From a virus: a stretch of 64,000 nucleotides of DNA. The notes beneath the pieces were generated by a model, which saw nothing but the letters and a program-made list of their open reading frames with translations, was not told where the DNA came from and did no database searches. The stretch covers positions 1 to 64,000 of IMG/VR virus record IMGVR_UViG_3300046694_000196. One strand, given 5' to 3'. Below, in pieces: positions 58,938-64,000 of the stretch (positions are counted from its first letter, which is position 1; the number at the start of each line of letters is the position of its first letter). Both the position numbers and the translations under genes were made by a program.

Positions 58938-60221
58938 ATGCCATCGGAGTCCTACATGATGAGACAAGTGAAGACCTACCGGGTCGGCGGCAGCGTCCGC
59001 GACGAGCTGATGTTCGTAGACCCCAAAGACCGTGACTACGTAGTGGTCGGCTCTAAGGAAGAGTGGATGCTGGGCGGCGGCTTCAAGCGAGTCGGCCACG
59101 ACTTCCCGGTGTTCCTGCACCCCGAGACGGGTGAAGAGTACGCGCTGGCACGCACCGAGCGTAAGACGGGTGCGGGCTACTCAGGCTTCGAGACAGAGAC
59201 CGAGGGCGTGTCCCTGACAGACGACCTGCGCCGCCGCGACTTGACTATCAACGCCATGGCCCTGGACGAAGAGACCGGTGAACTGGTCGACCCGTTCGGG
59301 GGCGAGCGAGACCTGCGAGACCGGGTCCTGCGACACGTGGACCCCGACGGCTTCAAGGAAGACCCTGTCCGGGTCCTGCGGCTGGCTCGCTTCCTGGCCA
59401 GGTGGCCTGGCTTCCTGCCCGCCAAGGACACCGTCAAGCTGTGCAGGGAGATGGTCGAGGCCGGAGAGCTGGCACACCTGACTCCCGAGCGAGTCACCGC
59501 CGAGATGACGAAGGCCCTGACCGAGAAGTCTCCGAGCCGGTTCTTCGTCTTCCTGCGGATGGTCGGCGCCCTGGCCGTAGTGTTCCCTGAGGTCCAGGCC
59601 CTGGCGGGGGTCGAGCAGCCCTACGAGCACCACCCCGAGGGAGACGCCTTCGTGCACACCATGACGGTGATGGACCAGGCCGTTGACTGGGACGGGACTA
59701 CAGACCCGTTGGAAGCTTTCGCCGCGCTGGTGCACGACCTGGGCAAGGCAAAGACTCCCCGCGAGAAATGGCCGCACCACTACGGCCACGAGGAGGCCGG
59801 CTACTGGGTCGTCCAGTCGATGGCAGACCGCCTGAAGTTGTCGAACGAGTACAGGCACGTCGGCGCCATGGTCGCCCGGTACCACATGCACGTCCACAAG
59901 CTGCACGAGCTGCGGGCCAAGACGGTGCTGAAGATGTACCAGGACGTCAACACCAAGAGCTACTCGCGAGTGACACAAGTGCTGGCGAACGTGGCGAGGT
60001 GGGACGCCTCCGGCCGCGGACCGTTCTACTCAGGGCGCCGCTACGACAACGCGGTCGTACTGGGAGACGTATTCGACGCGCTGGACGAAGTCAAGCTGTC
60101 GAACCACTTCGGCGAGGGACAGATATCAGAGATGACGGTACACGAGATCAAGGACTTCCTGTACAGGGAGAAGCTGAGGGTCATCGACGCAACTAGGAGC
60201 AGACACTATGATCGATACTGA
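58938..60221 (+). CDS. cca: CCA-adding tRNA nucleotidyltransferase with HD domain (start 58938 or 58956)
   Basis: VGGSVRD, DRDYVV, EYALARTERK, DLRRRDLTINAMA, EDPVRVLR, HHPEGD, LVHDLGK. Confidence 0.93.
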   Translation: MPSESYMMRQVKTYRVGGSVRDELMFVDPKDRDYVVVGSKEEWMLGGGFKRVGHDFPVFLHPETGEEYALARTERKTGAGYSGFETETEGVSLTDDLRRRDLTINAMALDEETGELVDPFGGERDLRDRVLRHVDPDGFKEDPVRVLRLARFLARWPGFLPAKDTVKLCREMVEAGELAHLTPERVTAEMTKALTEKSPSRFFVFLRMVGALAVVFPEVQALAGVEQPYEHHPEGDAFVHTMTVMDQAVDWDGTTDPLEAFAALVHDLGKAKTPREKWPHHYGHEEAGYWVVQSMADRLKLSNEYRHVGAMVARYHMHVHKLHELRAKTVLKMYQDVNTKSYSRVTQVLANVARWDASGRGPFYSGRRYDNAVVLGDVFDALDEVKLSNHFGEGQISEMTVHEIKDFLYREKLRVIDATRSRHYDRY

Positions 60222-60768
60222 AGACAAGAGAAACGGTGAATGGAACCCGATCGAAACGGTCCCAAAGGACGGCGGCTGTTTCGAAGTTCTCTATGAGGAC
60301 GGGACTACTGAGCAAGAAGTGTATTGGAGCGATACCCGGTATTGCATGATAGGCCCTCCTCAAGGTTCTTGCGGTCCTGGGCTTCTCTCTACCGAAGCAG
60401 GCCACCTACCGATCGGTGACGGGATAACCCACTGGCGCCTAGCGTAGAATAGAGTCAGACAAGGAGATCATACCGTGGAAGACAAGAGAAACTACGTCGT
60501 CTTTCGTGACGACCTGGGAAACCGAATGCTGCTGTCGGGCGTGTACGACCAGGGCGCAGACTTCTGGCGATGCCTAGAAATATCACTGACGCTCGGCATC
60601 ACGAGGGAAGACGACTTCTACGAGGTACCGATCGTGGACGACGAGCTGTGCTTCCCGCACGTGAAAGTCGAAGTGACGCACCCGTCCTTCTTCCACGGGT
60701 ACTGTGACGGGTACCTCATCGGCGGACCGACTTTCGACGAGGTAGCGAGGGAGTCCGGCGATGCCTAA
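60208..60768 (+). other. Two hypothetical ORFs (60208-60447, 60475-60768)
   Basis: Coupled ORFs; first has WNPIETVPKDG..ITHW pattern. Confidence 0.55.
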
Positions 60769-61738
60769 CCACCTCCGACACCTGGAAGACATGATGCTCC
60801 TCGAGGGGAGGGCCGGGTTCGACAAGGCCCTCCGGGTCTTCCGAGACCTCACGTCGGGGGAGCTGCAGCACTTCAGCGTCAAGTACGACGGCGCGCCCGC
60901 GGTCTTCTTCGGCAAGACTCGATACGGAGAGTTCGTCGCGACGAAGTCGATCTTCAACAAGAAGCCGGTCGCGTTCTACTCGTTCCTGGACTCACGACTA
61001 GACGACATGCCGGAAGGACTCGCCCGCAAGGTAAGGGCCCTGCTACTGTCCTGCCTGTCCCTGCCGATGAACAGCGCGGTCCAGTGCGACCTACTCTTTT
61101 CCGAAGAAAGTGACAAAGCACACACTGTGCTGCTAGACGGCTACGGGAAACAGAACGAGAGGAAGTACGTGACTCTCCACCCGAACGTGATACGGTACCA
61201 CTTTCGAGAGGGCACGCCCGATGCATCACGGATAGAGTTCTCTTGCGTAGGCCTCGTACCCCACACCTACTACTCGGTCGACGACGAGCTCAGACTGGCT
61301 CCGTGCGCGGCGTTCGACGTCGAGTGGTCGCGGTACGTCTTCACGATGGACACACACCTGCGGGGCACTGCGCTCAACGTCACTCCCGTCATGTTCCGTC
61401 GTACTCCCCCGTCTTCGTTCGAGACCGCCCACACCCCCCAGACGATGAACGGCTACGTCAGGGCCGGCCGGTCTTTCCCCGCCGACAACCCGGTCGAAGA
61501 CGCGTACAAGTGGCTCTCTGAGATGAAGGACTACCTTCTCTCTCAGGTGATGGAACGCGAAGAATCGTGGGCGACGAGGCGCACCTTCTTGACCGTCGCG
61601 GGGCACGAGATCGACACCAGCCACGAGGGCCTGGTGTACGACAACGGTGAGTTCTCCTGCAAGCTGGTGAACCGGAGGGAGTTCTCGATCGCGAACTTCT
61701 CGCAAGACTACGTCAGAGGGTGGAAGCCGAATAAATAA
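60761..61738 (+). CDS. T4-like conserved protein (DUF6267-like) with ligase-type motifs
   Basis: HLRHLED, SVKYDGAPA, HEGLV, KLVNRREFS. Confidence 0.7.
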   Translation: MPNHLRHLEDMMLLEGRAGFDKALRVFRDLTSGELQHFSVKYDGAPAVFFGKTRYGEFVATKSIFNKKPVAFYSFLDSRLDDMPEGLARKVRALLLSCLSLPMNSAVQCDLLFSEESDKAHTVLLDGYGKQNERKYVTLHPNVIRYHFREGTPDASRIEFSCVGLVPHTYYSVDDELRLAPCAAFDVEWSRYVFTMDTHLRGTALNVTPVMFRRTPPSSFETAHTPQTMNGYVRAGRSFPADNPVEDAYKWLSEMKDYLLSQVMEREESWATRRTFLTVAGHEIDTSHEGLVYDNGEFSCKLVNRREFSIANFSQDYVRGWKPNK

Positions 61739-61757
61739 AAATAAACGGAGTACAAGG

Positions 61758-62018
61758 ATGCTGAAGCTTCTAGGCGCACTGTGCGGCGTGTCGATACTGA
61801 CAACCGTCTTCCTCCTGACGCAGATGCCCGTCACCACCGACGCAGCCAGCGTAAACCTGATAAAGGTCATCGGAGAACTGAACTCGCAGATCGGGGAACT
61901 TGAGACCACTGTCTCGTCTCTCCAAGACAAGGTGAACAACATTGACCAGAACTACGCCGAAGCGAACAAAGACGGGGCTTCCCCGAAGCAAGGTAGACAC
62001 GACTCCGCGGCTCAATGA
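61758..62018 (+). CDS. Hypothetical TM + coiled-coil protein
   Basis: 86 aa, GGAG RBS, ATAAATA upstream. Confidence 0.55.
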   Translation: MLKLLGALCGVSILTTVFLLTQMPVTTDAASVNLIKVIGELNSQIGELETTVSSLQDKVNNIDQNYAEANKDGASPKQGRHDSAAQ

Positions 62019-62622
62019 GACAGTAGTCTTCACCTGGGCCAGGATGAACCCCCCGACGGTCGGCCACGAGAAGCTGATCGAGGCTATGCTAGCAGTACCC
62101 GGTGACCACGTGGTCCACCTGTCCCACTCTGCCGGCGGCAAGCGCAACCCCCTCTCATACGAAGACAAGCTGGCCTACGCCCGAGAAGCGTTCGGAGACG
62201 TCGTGCAAGAGTCGTCATCGACTAACATAGCGTCGTCACTAGTGGCGCTCGGAGAACAGTACGCGAACCTCGTACTCGTGGTCGGTGACGACCGGGTCGC
62301 AGAGTTCTCCGAGATGCTAGAGAAGTACAACGAGCGGGACTTCCACTTCGAGTCCTGGCAGGTCCTGTCCGCGGGCGCCCGTCGCCCCAACGGGGTCGCG
62401 GTTGAGGGAGTGTCGGCGTCGATGGTCCGAGAGGCCTGCGTGGCCGAGGACCTGGGCACGGTCCGGTGGTGCCTGCCTGACAGGCTCGCGCCATTCGCAG
62501 AAGAGATCATCGAGAAGGTCAAGGCCGTCCATACCGTAGAGGAGTCCCTCAAGACGGTACAGTCACTCAAGCGGCGCCAGGCCCGAGACGTGGTCCGGAA
62601 GGCAGTGTCCCGCCTGAAGTAA
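61942..62622 (+). CDS. Cytidylyltransferase-like (HIGH superfamily) protein; start uncertain
   Basis: FTWARMNPPTVGHEKL, NPLSYEDK, VVGDDRV, VSASMVR. Confidence 0.8.
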   Translation: MTRTTPKRTKTGLPRSKVDTTPRLNETVVFTWARMNPPTVGHEKLIEAMLAVPGDHVVHLSHSAGGKRNPLSYEDKLAYAREAFGDVVQESSSTNIASSLVALGEQYANLVLVVGDDRVAEFSEMLEKYNERDFHFESWQVLSAGARRPNGVAVEGVSASMVREACVAEDLGTVRWCLPDRLAPFAEEIIEKVKAVHTVEESLKTVQSLKRRQARDVVRKAVSRLK

Positions 62623-62635
62623 GCGGCTCCCGAAA

Positions 62636-62643
62636 TATAAATA
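62636..62643 (+). promoter_or_regulatory. T4-type late promoter
   Basis: Exact TATAAATA. Confidence 0.8.
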
Positions 62644-62676
62644 GGACGAGAAATTCATCCTATCGGGAGAGCGACC

Positions 62677-63234
62677 ATGCCACTTTGGGGCAATCGAGAC
62701 CAGTATTCAGACGCGCCGAAGTTCACGACGCAGGTCACCAATGGCCAGACGGGCCAGCAGCAGTACGGTAACACCGTATTCCTCGCGGACAACGTCGAAG
62801 TCTCTGTGAACAAGGCCATCGCGGCACCCGGTTGGGTCAGGCGCACGGTAGGCACCGGCGCGGTGGCCTCCATCACCATCACCTCGGGCGGCACACTCTA
62901 CGCGAACGCTGACACCATCACCGTCTCTGGCGGAGCCACGAACGCCGCCGCTAACGTCGTGACCAACGGAAACGGCGTCATCACTGCCGTTAACGTGACC
63001 AACCCCGGCTCCGGCTTCACTTCTGCGCCGACTATCGCGGTCACCACCTCGACCGGCTCCAACGCGACCTTCGCCGCAGTCCTCAACGGCCGCGCAGGAC
63101 GCGTGTCCTGGGAGACCCTGGTGGCTATCTCGGGCCCGATCACTACAGACGCGGTGTCCTTCTCGAACACTTCTACCGCTAACGTGGCAAACTCCACCGG
63201 AACGGCTGACGACTCCGTCCTCCCTGACGCTTAA
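62677..63234 (+). CDS. Putative virion structural protein
   Basis: MPLWG start, GWV, T/G/A-rich ITITSGG..VTNPGSGF repeats; late promoter. Confidence 0.65.
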   Translation: MPLWGNRDQYSDAPKFTTQVTNGQTGQQQYGNTVFLADNVEVSVNKAIAAPGWVRRTVGTGAVASITITSGGTLYANADTITVSGGATNAAANVVTNGNGVITAVNVTNPGSGFTSAPTIAVTTSTGSNATFAAVLNGRAGRVSWETLVAISGPITTDAVSFSNTSTANVANSTGTADDSVLPDA

Positions 63235-63245
63235 CGGAGGCAGCC

Positions 63246-63518
63246 TTGGCTGACGAACCGAACGAGGGCCTCTTCCTGAGCACGAAGAGGCTCAGCTTCA
63301 TCCTATCGCTCGTCACCATGTCCAGCGTCATCTTCGGGGGCTTCTCGACGGTGACCGGCTACGTCTACCGAGTCCAGAAGATCGAGAGCGACCTCACGGT
63401 GGTCTTCGCGCAGACGTCAAAGATGGTCGACAAGGTCGGGACTCTCAATGACCAGCTCGTGTCACTGACCATCACGGTCAACAGGATAGAAGAGCGACAG
63501 GACATGCGAAACAGATAA
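63246..63518 (+). CDS. Hypothetical TM + coiled-coil protein
   Basis: 90 aa. Confidence 0.55.
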   Translation: MADEPNEGLFLSTKRLSFILSLVTMSSVIFGGFSTVTGYVYRVQKIESDLTVVFAQTSKMVDKVGTLNDQLVSLTITVNRIEERQDMRNR

Positions 63519-63910
63519 TGTATGAACGGCTGGACGACTCAAACTTCATCCTGTACGCGGCGAGGCACTACGACAACCCCCACTGCTTCGACGACGAGGA
63601 GTTCTTTGACGACCTCAAGAGGTTCAAGTACCTCAAGAAGCTGTTCAAGAAGTACCGGGACTCGGGGGTGCTGCGCGAGCGGCTCATCCTGAACCACGTC
63701 ATAGTCATCTACAACTTGTTCGGGCCGGAACCCGCCACCCGGATGCTCTTCAGCAAGATGGACGGCTACTACCCCGAGCTCAAGGCCTGCCTGCTCTTCC
63801 TCAACTACATGCCCCCGAAAGTCTACAACGTCGGCCCCGAGAACTCCACTGTCTCGTCGGCCGACGTCGTCGTAGACGGGCGCATGCTGGAATCGCTGAG
63901 GTCGATATGA
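63518..63910 (+). CDS. Conserved T4-like hypothetical protein
   Basis: NFILYAARHYDNP..DDLKRFKYLKKL..RLILNH..NLFG pattern. Confidence 0.75.
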   Translation: MYERLDDSNFILYAARHYDNPHCFDDEEFFDDLKRFKYLKKLFKKYRDSGVLRERLILNHVIVIYNLFGPEPATRMLFSKMDGYYPELKACLLFLNYMPPKVYNVGPENSTVSSADVVVDGRMLESLRSI

Positions 63911-64000
63911 GCGAGCCAGTCAACGTCACGGGGAACGTATCGGGCATAGGCTCGCGCGGGGTGGACGACAAGCTGAAGGTACCCAAGTCTGCAGCTGAGA

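Noticed and set aside
794-60405. Many long antisense or alternate-frame ORFs (e.g. 794-1651, 1823-2857, 5823-6638, 7706-8596, 46142-47134, 59181-59978)
   Set aside because: They lie opposite well-supported genes, have V/R/D/G-skewed composition and reflect strong C/G third-position bias; no RBS or motif support
1-64000. tRNA genes, CRISPR arrays, integrase/att sites
   Set aside because: No cloverleaf with properly spaced A/B boxes (the GGTTCGA at ~4260 is inside an ORF), no regularly spaced repeats and no recombinase motifs were seen by eye; tRNAscan was not run

Overview
A 64-kb segment of a large, GC-rich, lytic T4-like (T4 superfamily) myophage genome; the i-/o-spanin pair implies a Gram-negative host, and an alphaproteobacterial host is only my guess. 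Core T4-type modules occur in order: gp17 (partial), gp18, gp19, gp20, two prohead-core-like genes, gp21, gp22, gp23, gp3, uvsY, uvsW, gp55, gp47, gp46, gp45, gp44, gp62, regA, a split gp43, uvsX and gp41. They are followed by a PAAR/GH19 endolysin/spanin block and a CCA-adding enzyme. TATAAATA late promoters, sigma70-like early promoters and intrinsic terminators are visible. The most notable accessory features are: (1) a cytosine hypermodification-type cluster with a gp42-like dCMP hydroxymethylase and a UDP-galactopyranose mutase overlapped on both sides by GT-B-like glycosyltransferases, suggesting furanose-sugar-modified DNA; (2) a three-gene membrane module with MotA/TolQ/ExbB-like and MotB/ExbD-like subunits; (3) two head proteins built of repeated basic modules, each behind a gp21-type cleavage site; (4) a split DNA polymerase whose second half appears to start at ATC; (5) a structured non-coding region with convergent promoters upstream of gp55. 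I recognised no tRNA, rRNA, CRISPR array or integrase. All family assignments come from motif recognition by eye; no database searches were run.
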